Shown in pieces: positions 38,705-52,204 of a stretch of DNA of 64,000 nucleotides (its first letter is position 1; each line of letters begins with the position of its first letter). This DNA comes from Octopus sinensis (lineage: Eukaryota). The notes beneath the pieces were generated by a model. It did not search any database, had not been told where the DNA came from, and saw only the letters and a program-made list of their open reading frames with translations. The position numbers and the translations under genes were made by a program. Where the stretch lies: positions 5,208,001-5,272,000 of the forward strand of contig NC_043005.1 of NCBI RefSeq assembly GCF_006345805.1, given 5' to 3'.

Positions 38705-39335
38705 AAAAGTCAGTGGGCCTGCAACTCAGCACCAGGAAAGGCTAGTTCATGCTGTCCAATAAAGTGATGGGATGCTGGATGGAGGGACCAGTTTAATTAC
38801 TTGGGATCTGGTTTGGTCCAGATCTCCAGGTGAAGTACTAAGATAAATCGACAAGCAGAGTGGCCAGTCTCACCCAGAAAAGTCAGCAAGAAGTAGGAAA
38901 TGCATATATTCTCTCCGTTATATATTACTGCATGATCATTGAGCCTTGCCCCAGCTTACTTCTGACCACATTAGAGCACATATTCTTCTGCTTTCTGTGA
39001 AAGGTACTTGTTTCATTGGTCAGGTACTCCATTTTTTGTCAGCACCCTCTGAATAAAAGACTGGGCATGTTGTAGCTGATGATGCACAGACATACACAGA
39101 GGCTACACCATCTCCAGTGCTTTCTTCACAGTGTGCAAGTAAGGTTGTCGTTTGTCAGGCTTGCTTTTCCACACCTATGACAGCTAAAGTTTAAAAAAAA
39201 AATTTTGTTAGTCTTGTTTACATGCAAAACACTCGCAACGACACACACTCATGCACATACACACACACATTCTTGTCTTGTCCTGTACTGCCCACAATGA
39301 TTTTCTTAATGTAAACCTTTGTGGTTAATAAAGAA
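38705..39335 (+). mobile_element. L1/Tx1-like ORF2 post-RT fragment joined to the 3' UTR
   Basis: Broken frame GPV*LLGIWFGPDLQV...SVIYY...FCFL*K..LVRYSIFCQHPLNKRLGML (GGLG-type region). Confidence 0.65.
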
Positions 39336-39380
39336 ATCATCATCATCATCATCATTATTATTGTTATTATTATTATTATT

Positions 39381-39983
39381 GCCTTTGCACAGCTTCTAAT
39401 GCTGGAGATGTACTACGTTGTCAGCTGTTCACTAAGATAACACCTCTTATTTTTTGAGCACCTTCTAGAGTATTTGAGCGGTTCCAAGCAATGCTGTTTT
39501 CTGCAAGTGCTCCACCCTTATTGCAGCCCCTATTTATTCCACATACTTCTCGAGATTTTTTCCCACTGTTCCCAGGGCTCTGACAATTATTAGTACTACT
39601 GCCACCTTTTTCATCAACCATAACTGCTTAACTTCCCAAGCTAACCTGTTATATCTATCGACTTTTCTTTCTTCCTTATCGCATACCTTGTCGTCAGCTA
39701 GGCATGCTATGTCTATGATCCAGCATCGTTTGCTTTCTTTCTCAATTAACACTATGTCTGGTTTCCTATTCTCCATCTCATGGTTGCACTGAATCATAAA
39801 ATCCCATAGGATCTTTGTGTTTCTATTTTCGACGATGCCTTCAGGTTTGTGGTCGTACCAATGTTTTGCTCTGTCAAGTCCATACTTGTTGCAGAGTGTC
39901 CAATGGACAAGCCTGGCTTTACTGTTGTGGCATCTCTTATATTCCTTCTGGGCTAGTGGCATACATTGGCTGGTAATATGCTA
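39381..39983 (-). mobile_element. R4/Dong-type RLE fragment (second copy at 40372-40974)
   Basis: HNSKARLVHWTLC...KILWDFMIQC..ENRKPDIVLIEK..CWIIDIAC (PD..D RLE motif); (AAT)n flanks. Confidence 0.85.
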
Positions 39984-40320
39984 TATGGTTTCATTATTAT
40001 TATTATTAAGGTGGTGAGCTGGTAGAATTGTTAGCTGCAAAGCATTTTGTCTGTTTTTATGTTCTGAGTTTAAATTCTGCCAAGGTTGAATTTGCCTTTC
40101 ATCCCTTCTGGGTTGATAAACACTAGGGGTCTATGTAATTAACTTACCCCCCCCCCCATCCAAGATGGCAGTCCTTGTGGCAGAATTTGAAGCATTATTA
40201 TTGTTATTGCCTTTCAACCTTTCCATGTCAATAAATTAAATACCAGTTGCATACTGGGGTTCACCTAATCGACTGGACCCCTCCCCCAAAATTTCGGGCC
40301 TTGTGCCTAGAGTAGAAAAG

Positions 40321-40371
<51 letters not shown>

Positions 40372-41311
40372 GCCTTTGCACAGCTTCTAATGCTGGAGAT
40401 GTACTACGTTGTCAGCTGTTCACTAAGATAACACCTCTTATTTTTTGAGCACCTTCTAGAGTATTTGAGCGGTTCCAAGCAATGCTGTTTTCTGCAAGTG
40501 CTCCACCCTTATTGCAGCCCCTATTTATTCCACATACTTCTCGAGATTTTTTCCCACTGTTCCCAGGGCTCTGACAATTATTAGTACTACTGCCACCTTT
40601 TTCATCAACCATAACTGCTTAACTTCCCAAGCTAACCTGTTATATCTATCGACTTTTCTTTCTTCCTTATCGCATACCTTGTCGTCAGCTAGGCATGCTA
40701 TGTCTATGATCCAGCATCGTTTGCTTTCTTTCTCAATTAACACTATGTCTGGTTTCCTATTCTCCATCTCATGGTTGCACTGAATCATAAAATCCCATAG
40801 GATCTTTGTGTTTCTATTTTCGACGATGCCTTCAGGTTTGTGGTCGTACCAATGTTTTGCTCTGTCAAGTCCATACTTGTTGCAGAGTGTCCAATGGACA
40901 AGCCTGGCTTTACTGTTGTGGCATCTCTTATATTCCTTCTGGGCTAGTGGCATACATTGGCTGGTAATATGCTATATGGTTTCATTATTATTATTATTAA
41001 GGTGGTGAGCTGGTAGAATTGTTAGCTGCAAAGCATTTTGTCTGTTTTTATGTTCTGAGTTTAAATTCTGCCAAGGTTGAATTTGCCTTTCATCCCTTCT
41101 GGGTTGATAAACACTAGGGGTCTATGTAATTAACTTACCCCCCCCCCCATCCAAGATGGCAGTCCTTGTGGCAGAATTTGAAGCATTATTATTGTTATTG
41201 CCTTTCAACCTTTCCATGTCAATAAATTAAATACCAGTTGCATACTGGGGTTCACCTAATCGACTGGACCCCTCCCCCAAAATTTCGGGCCTTGTGCCTA
41301 GAGTAGAAAAG
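39381..41311. repeat. Tandem duplication with a 991-bp period
   Basis: 39381-40320 reappears at 40372-41311. Identical ORF translations are offset by 991 and the 11-C homopolymer is the same in both; units are joined by (ATT)n. Confidence 0.95.
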
Positions 41312-41351
<40 letters not shown>

Positions 41352-41370
41352 TATTATTATTATTATTATT

Positions 41371-43177
41371 CAGTAGTTTTATTTTTATAGCGTGCTTTCA
41401 CTTCACTACCGAGCGCAGCTCTGTGTGCCTTGGGTATGTGCTGTGATTTGTTGTGATGCTCTGATGGTTATTGTATGGAAAGTGTTCTGCGTAGGATGTG
41501 TGCAGTGCCTAGTAGTGCAATTTTCTGTATGTTATATGTGTTTGTAAGTCCTGGTGTTTTTGTTATGTATTTGTCTGAATATTTTTTTATCATGCCTAAT
41601 GCACCTACTATGATAGGAATTGTTTCTGTTTTTAGATTCCACATTCTGGTTACCTCTATTTCCAGGTCTTTGTATTTTGAAAGTTTCTCCATTTCTTTTA
41701 GAGACACGTTGTCATTCGCTGGTATTGATGCATCAATTAGAAAGCATTTTTTTCCTTCATGATCTCTGACAACTATATCTGGTCTGTTGGCCTTAATTTC
41801 TCTATCTGTGTGTATCGGCATATCCCAGAGTATGGTTGCTTTCTCATTTTCTGTGACCTTTTCTGGTGTGTGCCTATACCATCTTTTTTCTGTTGTTATT
41901 CCATAATGTTGGCATAGCTTCCAGTGTATATAGGTCCCAACTCTGTTGTGTCTGTGAATATATTCCTTCTTAGCCAGGACTGGGCAGCCAGAGATAATAT
42001 GATTTATTGTTTCTTGTCCATCTCCACATATTCTGCAGTTACTTGGTAATTTCTGGTGGGGTGGCTTTGGTCTTGTGCTGCAATTAAAAATCCCTCTGTC
42101 TCTGCTTTGAGTCCTGAGCTTGTCAACCATTGCTGGGATTTTTCTTTGTCTATTTCTTTTGCATTTAGTCCAGTATTTGCCATGAAGGGGCTTTTCTTGC
42201 CATCGTTTTATCATGGTTTGTTGCTGTTCTAGTTTTAGTTTGGATTTCATTTGTTTTATAGCTTTTGTTGTTTTTTCATCTTCTTCTTCTTCTTCTTCTT
42301 CTTCTTCTTCATATTTGTTAGGTGGTATGATTTCTTGTTTGTATTTGTCAGCTTCCTTAAATATTGAGAACAGTTTTTTGTTTTGCTCGTGTTTTGCCGC
42401 TGTTTGTATCCGTTTTCCTTCATTCTGAAGTAGATATTTTTGCAGTCCTATGGTGGTTATTTTAAAGTAGTTTTCCAGGTGTATAAGGCCTCTACCACCT
42501 TCTATACATTATATATATAGCCTTTCTATGTCAGATTTTGGGTGATGCATCCTAGATCCTGTCATTATTTTTCTTGTTTTCCTATCTATTTTGGTCAGTT
42601 CATTTAGTGTCCAGTTAAGGACATTGTAGCTGTAACTTATAACTGGGACGGCTAAAGTGTTAATACCTATTATCTTGTTTTTAGCATTGAGCTCGGTTTT
42701 AGTATTGATCTAACTCGTCTATAGTATTCTTTCTTTATTTTCTCTTTCATTTGTGTGTGTTGTGTCTTATCTAGTTTATGGATTCCTAAGTATTTGTAAG
42801 TTTGGCTTTGGTCTAATTCTTTTATTTCATTGGTTTTATCTAGTGTGATGTTGCTACTCTTAACTAGTTTTCCTCTTTTCAGGGTTACTTTGGCGCATTT
42901 TTCTAATCCAAATTTCATATCTATTTCTTTGGTAAATCCATGAACTGTCTTTAGTAGTGTTTCCAGCTGTTTGTCATTTGTAGCGTATAGTTTTAGGTCA
43001 TCCATATATAAAAGGTGGCTGATCATTTTGCCGTAACATTTATATCCGCATCCAGTTCTGTTTAGCAAGTCACATAAAGGTGTCCGTGCCAAGCAGAAAA
43101 GGAGTGGAGAGAGTGTGTCTCCCTGGAATATTCCTCTTCTGATGGGGATGGCTTTGGTTTTCATGAGTCCCTCTTTT
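41371..43177 (-). mobile_element. 5'-truncated R4/Dong-clade LINE (RT, CCHC, RLE, 3' UTR)
   Basis: RGIFQGDTLSPLLF, LLYMDDLKL, YKYLG, CRICGDGQETINHIISGC and ANRPDIVVRD..FLIDASIP; inserted in (AAT)n on both sides. Confidence 0.93.
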
Positions 43178-43178
43178 G

Positions 43179-43215
<37 letters not shown>

Positions 43216-43997
43216 TGTTGATGTTGTTGTTGGTTGTGGTAGTTGCAATGGTGGTGATGGTGGTGGTGCTGCTGCTACTGGTGGGTTACTGTTGTGGTAA
43301 TGGTGGTTGTTGCTGTTTTAGTTGTTGTGGTAGAGGTGGTAGTGGTGCTGTGAGCATTCCAGCACCAGATTTATAATAAAAAAAAATACAAAAACATTTG
43401 CTTTCTGTGACATCTCCACTAGTTTATGGTGGTGGTGGCAGTAGTGAATATAATAGCTGGGGAAGTGAGGTGGTCCTGTGGATATAAGAAAGAATGGAAG
43501 TGTGTGTGTATAAATATATCCATGTCTAGGTGTGTTTCATTGTGATAGGTATATATGTTGTCTGTATATGGATGTGTGTGTATGTGTGTATGTATGGTTA
43601 TAGGTATGTGTTTATGCATGCGTGCATCTGTGTAACTATGTGTATATATATATATATATAAATAATATATAAATATATGCATATATACATATATGTACAT
43701 ACCTACATATATATGTATATATACATGCATATATATGTACAGGACATCCAAAAAACGTTGAACACAATGAGAAACGAAAACATAAAAACAAAAACATAGA
43801 AACAAACTTTTTTCGAACAAAGAAAAAAAAGAAACTGCATGTGTGTGTGTGTGTGGGTGGATGGATGGATGGTTGGATGTGTATGTATGGATGGATGGAG
43901 AAATGTGTGTGTATATATCTGTGTTTATTATGTAGGAAAGGTTATAATGCAAGACTATGAACACACATATATATGCATAAGCATAGGTATGTATATA

Positions 43998-45516
43998 CAC
44001 CCAGAACTATGCTAATATTTTAGGAGTGAAATTTAGGCTTTCTTGGTTTTCTGTGAATCGATTTTGATAAAACTTTTCCCAGCTGGTTTGCACACTATGG
44101 CAACATCATTGTTATGTTTTCATTATTCTGTGTAATGTCCTTTCTTTTTAATTTCAGATTCTTCAGTTTTGGGGTAAACCACGCTAATAGCTTTTGAATG
44201 AAAATAGCCCAGCTAGACATTTTTTTCAGAAACTGAAGGGTATTGATGCATATTAAGCATATATTGAGTATATATTTAAAAGAAAACCATAATAATATTA
44301 TAACATTTATTGACAAAATGACTTATTCAACCACATGATCACCAAGGAAGAAACAGTCCGATTGTGGGACCTCCAAAACTGTGACAGCAAGGTATTTAAG
44401 GAGTATTGGCTGCAAGGAAACCTGGACAAACAAGCAAAGCCATTTTCACTGCCTCTGAACTTCTTCATGTATCGAAAATCACTAGAAATCACATCCTTGG
44501 GACCATGGCTTCTGTGCGAGAACCCCTGAAACTGCCTCTTCACAGGCATTTGAGGCTTCAGTTGGCTCAAAAGTCCATGACGTTAGATATGAGTTGTGTT
44601 CTGTTCACTGATGAAACCAGGGCAACCCTTGACAAACCTGATAGTTGGGCAAATGGTTGAGTCTGTTCTAGAGATGAGCGTCACCAATGTTTACGATGTC
44701 AACAACAGGGTGAAGGAGTCATGTTGTGGGCTGGTGTCATTGGGAACAAACTTGTTGGCCCAGTTAGTGTGCCTGAAGAGGTTAAAATGATCGCAGCTGC
44801 CTACTGCAGTCTCCTGAAGGAGGTCTTGGATCCCTGGTAAGATGACATACTGCTGTCACTTCTAAGGAATCTCATATTCATGCATGACAACACTCCCTCC
44901 CACTCGGCTAGGACCAGCCAAACATTCCTAGGGTCTTATGGCATGCAAGGTGAAAGATTGATGGTGTGGCTGCTAGCATCTCCAGATCTCAACCCTATCA
45001 AAAATCTTTGGTCTATCATTAAACAAGATGTTTATACTAATGGATGCCAGCTTATGTCAAAAGATGTCTTTATCAAAAAAAAAGCTGCAGCAGAGGCGGT
45101 CCAACCTGCTACTTTTAAGAAATTAATAAATTCTATGACTAGTAGGGCTTTTGAAGTTATCCACCGAAATGGTGCTCATGTGGCTAAATAATTCATTTTG
45201 TCAATAAATGTTATAATATTATTATGGTTTTCTTTTAAATATATACTCAATGTATGCTTAATATTTATCACTACCCTTCATTTTCTGAAAAAAATGTCTA
45301 AATGGGTTATTTTCATTCAAAAGCTATTAGCGTGGTTTACCCCAAAGCTGAAGAATCTGAAATTAAAAAGAAAGGACATTACACAGAATAATAAAGACAT
45401 AACAATGGTGTTGCCATAGTGTGCAAACCAGCTGGGAAAAGTTTTATCAAAAGCAATTCACAGAAAACCAAGAAAGCCTAAATTTCACTCCTCAGCTATT
45501 AGCATGGTTCTGAGTG
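43998..45516 (+). mobile_element. Full-length degenerate Tc1 (DD34E) transposon with ~335-bp TIRs and TA TSD
   Basis: 43998-44335 is inverted at 45183-45516, with TA at both ends. Motifs VLFTDET, VMLWAGV, FMHDNTPSHSA and SPDLNPIKNLW. Confidence 0.93.
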
Positions 45517-45519
45517 TAT

Positions 45520-45935
45520 GTATGTACATCCTGAGCATTGAGGCAATGGTACACAAGCACTGTTTATGTTGGACTGGACACCTTATTCAGATGAATGATT
45601 GGAGGATCCCTATGCAGAACTTGTTTGTGGAAAGCACCCCCAGCAGAAACCAAGACTATGATTTAAGGATTGTGAAGAGTTCATGTTGAAAGCATGTGAA
45701 ATATGAGAGGTCAGTTGGGAAAACAATGCTTGTCACTGTTACCAGTGGAGGAAGCAACAAGTAAAGGAAGGGGGGATTATTTTTGAAAAAAACATGCATT
45801 TTTTAATGCAGAATTTAAGCAAACTGCTCAAAAATACACTGCAGTGAATGGGGGAAGGTTGGTCTGCAATATCTGCAGACATGTATGTTTATTAAGAGCT
45901 GGACTTTCCTGTCACCAGTGGGGCCATAAGTGCAT
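45520..45935 (+). mobile_element. RTE-BovB-like ORF C-terminal remnant
   Basis: SIEAMVHKHCLCWTGHLIQMNDWRIP and terminal zinc finger CNICRHVCLLRAGLSCHQWGH. Confidence 0.7.
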
Positions 45936-47259
45936 AAATTTGACTGAGTGCACAATTTTCTTAATGACCAGCGATGGTCTTTCTTAGTCACGAGTTGACA
46001 GCCATTATATGCATATGTATGCAGATATGTATGCTTTTTTTTTAGGTCTCCTTTTTTTCAAGTACAGCTTGATGTATTGGTGGACAGTGGACATTGTTGG
46101 AGAGCATAAAGATTAATGTTGTAGTTGAGAAAAAGTCAACTGACATGGAAGACTGAAAGCCATCTGAATATTGGTAAAGACTTACCTATATCAAGTTGAT
46201 TCACACTGAGTGTCAAAATGCTGCTCTGTGAACAATGTAAAGGTTGTAGTACATGACATGGACAGTTGCAAAGCTTTGGCCAGCAGGAAGGAACACAGCT
46301 GGCCTTCTGACTGCATCTGCCTGGCGGAATTTATCCTCACATCATTGAACAAGGCCTTGGGCTCAATTCAGATGGTTATGCACCTACAAATTTACAGAGA
46401 AACCTAATAATACTAGGTTTTTCAAAGAATGAGCAAAAGAAACCAACGTGGATTCTCTAAATCCAATGTGAAGATTTGTAAGACATTCCAAAGATTCTCC
46501 ATTTGAGATACTTTACATGAATAGATGCACACACTTTGGTGTGTGCATTGACAGTTCAACGAACATACTGACATTTCAAACCCTGAGAATTCTCTTAACT
46601 CAAAAAGTTTTATTACTTTGTTAGCAACCGGCTTGAACTCTCTTAAGAAGAATCTGAATAAAACTCAAAGGAAAAACACATACATGGATTGATACACAAA
46701 TAAAAGATAAACTTGTTCTGGTGCTGCATAAAATATATGAAACTAGCAGAACAAACATTGGGTAATCTGTAATTATTTTAAACATCCCAAATCTGGTTTT
46801 TGTCTGTGTTTATATATGGCCAAGTGTGCACGGATGTGTATGCAAGTGTAGGTTGAGTGTGCGTGTGTGTGTTTGTGTATGTGTAAGCATATCTGGGAGG
46901 GTGGTTTGAGGGTGGTGGGGTGGGTATGTTATTATTTGTCTGTGACTGTGTATGGCAAGGTGGGTGTGTATGTGTGTGACGGGGAGTTGGCAAGGCACAT
47001 GCTTACAGCTCTGAGACAATGGCTATTCTAATACAATGTAATAAAATGTGACAACATGGCCTGGGGTGGGCAGGGGCAGGAGACCATAAATTTCCACAGT
47101 CAACACAACCTTCTCCCCTACCCCCCCCTTCCACCCTGCTTCCACACTGCCTGCCCCTTTCCTCCTCCTCCTCTGCAACAGCAACCTCACCACCACCACT
47201 ATGACCACAACCACACTTCCAATCCACTTTCTATCTCTCCCTATACAGCATGCACCTGA

Positions 47260-47625
47260 CTATCATCATCATCATCATCACTACCATCATTGTTATTAGC
47301 AGTACCACAAAGAATCTGCAGATTTACCACTACCACCACAACAACCACCACAACCACCATAACAACTACATCCAACACCATCACAACCTACACCACCACT
47401 AGATCAACCAATGCTACCACTCCCACCACCACTGGAACAACCACTATAACCATCAGAACAACTACTACACCACTAGAACAACCACATCGCTGCTAGAACA
47501 ACCACTACAACCACCACAACCAATGCCATCGCTACAATCATCACTGCACCACCACCACCACTGCAACTACCACAACCATCATGACCATCACCAACGCCAC
47601 CTCCACCACCACTTTTATCATCATA
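47260..47625. repeat. Degenerate (ACC/AAC)n repeat
   Basis: Visible simple repeats. Confidence 0.85.
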
Positions 47626-48061
47626 TAGAACATTACAATCCAGGGAAAGAACCTTCTGTACTACTTTAATCTTTCTGCCTCTCCTTCACCTCTCTGACCC
47701 CATGACTAACTTTCTCCCTCCCCTTCTTGCTCCTCCCTCTCTCTCTCTTTCCTCCTGTTTTTCCCTCAGCAGACATATCTTTCAACAAACTCCCTACCAG
47801 CTTAGAAAAAGAAAAAAAATTTGCTATTTTGTTATTTTATTGTAGGACAGCTATATCCCCTAATAAAGACCAATGGGGTTGGTAGTGGGGGCAGTGATCG
47901 CATCTAAAGTGCTGAATGAGCAGAAGTCCTATTAAAACTGGAAGGAAGGGTAAGGGGGCATATGAGTATGAAAGGACAGAAGAAAGAAAGAACTTTCAAT
48001 TTACTTGGATATCAGCAGAAAATTCCTTATTTCCATTGATTATTATTATTATTATTAGTAA

Positions 48062-48104
<43 letters not shown>

Positions 48105-48904
48105 ATAAAGGCGGTGAGCTGGCAGATTTGTTAGCACACGGAGCAAAATGCTTAGTGGCATTTCATCCTATCTTTACATTCTGAGTTCAAATTCCGCTGA
48201 AGTCAACTTTGCCTTTCACCCTTTTTAGGTCGATAAAATAAGTACCAGCTGAACACTGGGGTTGATGTAATTGACTTATCTTCTGCCCCTGGAATTGCAG
48301 GCCTTGTGTCAAATTTTGAAACTATTATTATCATTATTGAGTGAGACAGCTGTGCATGCCATCAAAGTGACATGGAGTACAAATATACAAAGCCCAATAT
48401 GCCCCTTATGACTACCCATCTGATATGGGTTCACCAGGCTGATACATCATGACCATATGTGTACAACATGATGATCTCATATCAAGATAAACAGTGAATG
48501 ACCTTGCAGGTGGGACCCAATTAGAATTTTCTTCACAGTGAGTAGCCCATCCCACTCAAAAGGTCCCCGAGTAAAGGTTGTTTAAGAATGTTGAATGGAA
48601 ACATCCATGTTTCCAGAGGTGAATTATTCAAGTCCCAAAGAATTCCTCTCAACACACAGTTCTAATGCTCCCCCAATACTCCTGCTCATGATCAGAAATG
48701 CACATATCATCAGCCACTAAAGGACATGCTCAACTTGTTAAGGTTTGACAACCGGCAAGAAAATCTGTGATATTAAGCAGAATATTTTCTGTAGCCCATC
48801 TTTTACACTGGAACAAAACATGTTAATGTTTCCAATTAGTTAAGATCAGGAGCCATGAGAACCATTGCTTGGTACTGCATCAGGACATTTATTATCATTA
48901 TCAT

Positions 48905-49885
48905 TCAGTAGTCTTATTTTTATCACATGCTTTCACTGCACTACTGAGTGCAGCTCTGTGTGCCTTGGGTGTGTATTATGGTTTGTTGTGGTGCTCTTAT
49001 TTTCACTGTATTAAAAGTGCTTTACATAGGATGTGTGCGGTGTCTAGTAGTGCTATTTTTGTAAGGCTTGGTGTTTTGGTTATGTATTTGTCTGGATGTT
49101 TTTTTAATCATACCTAATGCACCTATTATTTTGAGGATTGTTTCTGTTTTTAGACTCCATGTTTGGGTTACCTCAGTTTCCAGATCTTTGTATTTTGAGA
49201 GTTTCTCTGTTCTTTTTTAGAGATATATTGTCATCTTTTGGCATTGATACATTGATTTGAAGGTATTTTTTTTTGGTGATCTCTGACAACTATATCTGGT
49301 CTATTAGCCTTGATTTCTGTATCTGTGTTTATTGGCATATCCCAAAGTATGGTTGCTTTGTCATTTTCTGAAACTTTTTCTGGGGTGTGCCTATACCATC
49401 TTTTTTCTTCTATCATTCTGTAGTGTTGGCATAGCTTCCAGTGTATATAGGTCCCAACTCTGTCATGTCTGTGGATATATTCCTTCTTAGGACTGGGAAG
49501 CCAGAGACAATATGATTTTTAGTTGTGATCCCCATGCTGGTGGCATGTAAAAAGCACTATCCGAACGTGGCCAATGCCAGCACTGCCTTGACTGGCTTCC
49601 GTGCTGGTGGCACGTAAAAAACACCAACTGATCGTAGTCGTTGCCAGCCTCCTCTGGCCCCTATGCCGGTGGCACGTAAAAAGCACCCACTACACTCTCA
49701 GAGTAGTTGGAAGGGCATCCAGCTGTAGAAACACTGCCAAATCAGACTGGAGCCTGGTGCAGCCTCCTGGCTTCCCAGACTCCAGTCGAACCGTCCAACC
49801 CATGCCAGCAATGAAAACAGACGTTAAACGATGATGATGATGATATTCTTCCCCATCACCACATATTCTGCAGTTATTTGTCGTA
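48905..49885 (-). mobile_element. R4/Dong-type fragment (sister of 41371) interrupted by an RTE tail (49530-49845, plus strand)
   Basis: TPEKVSENDKATILWDMPINTDTEIKANRPDIVVRD; the NNCRICGDGE segment resumes at 49846-49885. Confidence 0.85.
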
Positions 49886-50305
49886 TCTTTCTTCTTCATG
49901 GCCAATCCCTGAGAAACTTCTTCAAGTTTCACTTGGAAAGGAAAATTGGGGTAGAGAGGGAATTGTTGTCTTGTAGCCAGTTTGCTGAAAGGTGGATGAA
50001 AGTGGCAAGAACGGTGTGAGTGAATGGGCCTGCCCTGAGCATACACCTGTAGTTGGAAAAAAAGTAAAGCAAAAAAGGCACCTGCCCCAAAAGTCAGAGT
50101 ACCCATGGTTTTATGGGGTTTTTCCACGAGCAGCTCTCAAATGTCTCCTCCTTGTTGATTTCTTTCTTTTTTCTTTATAATTTTGTTAGTGTTGCAAAAC
50201 CTTTACAACACACACACACACACACACATACACACACACTCTCTGTCCTGTGCTATGAATAATGTCTTTCTTAATGTAAATCCTTGTGGTTAATAAAGAA
50301 AGCAT
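49880..50305 (+). mobile_element. L1/Tx1-like LINE 3' end
   Basis: GQSLRNFFKFHLERKIGVERE..FAERW; homologous to 36245-36800. Confidence 0.7.
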
Positions 50306-50659
50306 CATCACCACCACCACCACCACCATCAACATCATCATCATCATTTTATTTTCTTATTTGTTTTAGTCGTTTGATTGAAGCCATGCTGGAGCACCAC
50401 CTCAAATGGTTTTAGTCAAAGAAATCGACCCCAGGATTTATTCTTTCTAAGCCTAAGTCCTGAGGTTGATTTGTTTGACTAAATCCCCTTGAGGTGGTGC
50501 TCCAGCATGGCCACAGTTATTTATAGAACATAACTTTTTCAGAATCTGAATTGACTGGGACCATTTGGGTAACAGATAATAAGATAATGTGATATACAAG
50601 TGAACGGAGATTTGTTGTTGGAGCAGCTGGAGACAGTGACAGAGAAAGAAGATAGAGGT

Positions 50660-50830
50660 GGGTAGCTGTATGGTTGCTTGACCTGCTAGAAATAGCAGCT
50701 GAAACTTCTTTGGATCCTGGGTTCACTGTATACAGGAAAATTAGGGATGGACACACTTGGAATGGATATCTTTGATCATAGGTTTGTTCAACTGAGGCTA
50801 ACCTGACACTATACAACAACAACAACAACC
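50660..50830 (+). mobile_element. SINE family D with an (AAC)n tail
   Basis: ggttgcttgacctgctagaaatagcagc...ctttgatcataggt...acaacaacaac. Confidence 0.55.
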
Positions 50831-51059
50831 AGTTTGTTACTATTGCAAGGGCCTGTCCACTCTATCTGTCTGTCTGTCTGTCTTTCTCTCCTCATCTCTC
50901 ACTTAACAAATCTCTGCCGTTTTTAAATTAGGGACCATGTTTTTTTTGTGTGTGTATGTTTATATATCTATCTACATGTGTACGTGTGTGTGTGTCAATG
51001 ACTTGTGAGTGAATTTGGTAAACAGAAACTGAAAAAAACCTATTGCAAGCATACATTCA

Positions 51060-52190
51060 TACACACATACATACATAAAATAACATCATAAGTTGGAAGG
51101 CTGCTCCTTGAGTAACACTCTTTGTCTGATAACCTTAATTACATGTCCAAAGAATTCATACGACTCTACCTCAACATATCATCAGATGAAAGGATGATCC
51201 TATATGAGTAGACAACTATGCATGGATCTGTTAGTTGAAAGCTCCATGGTTATAGTAACATTGATCATCAAAGCAGTTTATCATAAATCAATAGCTGGAC
51301 TACTACCTGTGAAGGAACAGGAAATATCAACCAAGTAGCTGATGCACAAAAGAGATAGAGTTGCAAGAAAAGCTGTAAAATGTGGTAACCAATGCAGACT
51401 TTGTGGAGTTCACACTGACGATATCCCGCACGTCATAAGCAGTTGTCCGGAAATGTCATCACAGTATTATCTACCGATGAGACATGACATTGTAGCTAGG
51501 ACAATCTATAATGAAATCCGTCAGAAGGATAATCCCGAGGGCAAAGAATTAAGAACCCACAATATGGTAGGAGCCATAACCACTCATAATAAAAAGGAAT
51601 ACTGGTGGAATGTACCAGTGAAGACCTCAATAAAATGAAAGCACAACAGGCCTGATATTAGGATTTGGGATAGAAAAGTGAAACTGTGCACAATTGTGGA
51701 AATTAGCTGCCCAGCGGATGTCAACATAAATCTGAAGATCAGTGAAAAAGAGAACACCTATGCTGAACTACAGAGAAGTCAGCAGGTACTCTATCCAGCT
51801 GTATACTTGGTCAGGTTTATACCTGTAATTATTGGGACCCTGGGATATGTAGCACTACCTAAATACCAATCTTGAGAAATTAAGCTTCTCAGAACCAGAA
51901 AGGAGAAAGCTAATTTGAAGACTACAGATCCAATCCTTCAATGGAACTGTAAAAATCTATAAAACTTTCCAGAAGTTTATCATTTAAATATATATGAGCA
52001 TGTCTAGATATATGTAACTATAAGACATACATAAAACATACAAATCTGCACATACAAACATACATACATACATACAAAAATACCCTGTTAATGTTGAAAT
52101 TCCAATGAAGGAGCCTTGGATCTAGGTTAGAAACCAGTTCTGTCTCTATTGGCAAGAAATCTTGAAATAAACTGAATAATGATAAACATA
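51060..52190 (+). mobile_element. RLE-bearing LINE 3' fragment (R4/NeSL-like, distinct family)
   Basis: CRLCGVHTDDIPHVISSCPEM..RHD, HNRPDIRIWD..IVEISCP and FIPVIIGTLG. Confidence 0.8.
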
Positions 52191-52204
52191 CATACATACA
52201 TACA

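Noticed and set aside
46067-46430. GC-richer block with acceptor- and donor-like sites and protein-like stretches (HLPGGIYPHIIEQG)
   Set aside because: Stops in all frames and no recognisable family; probably an old transposon remnant
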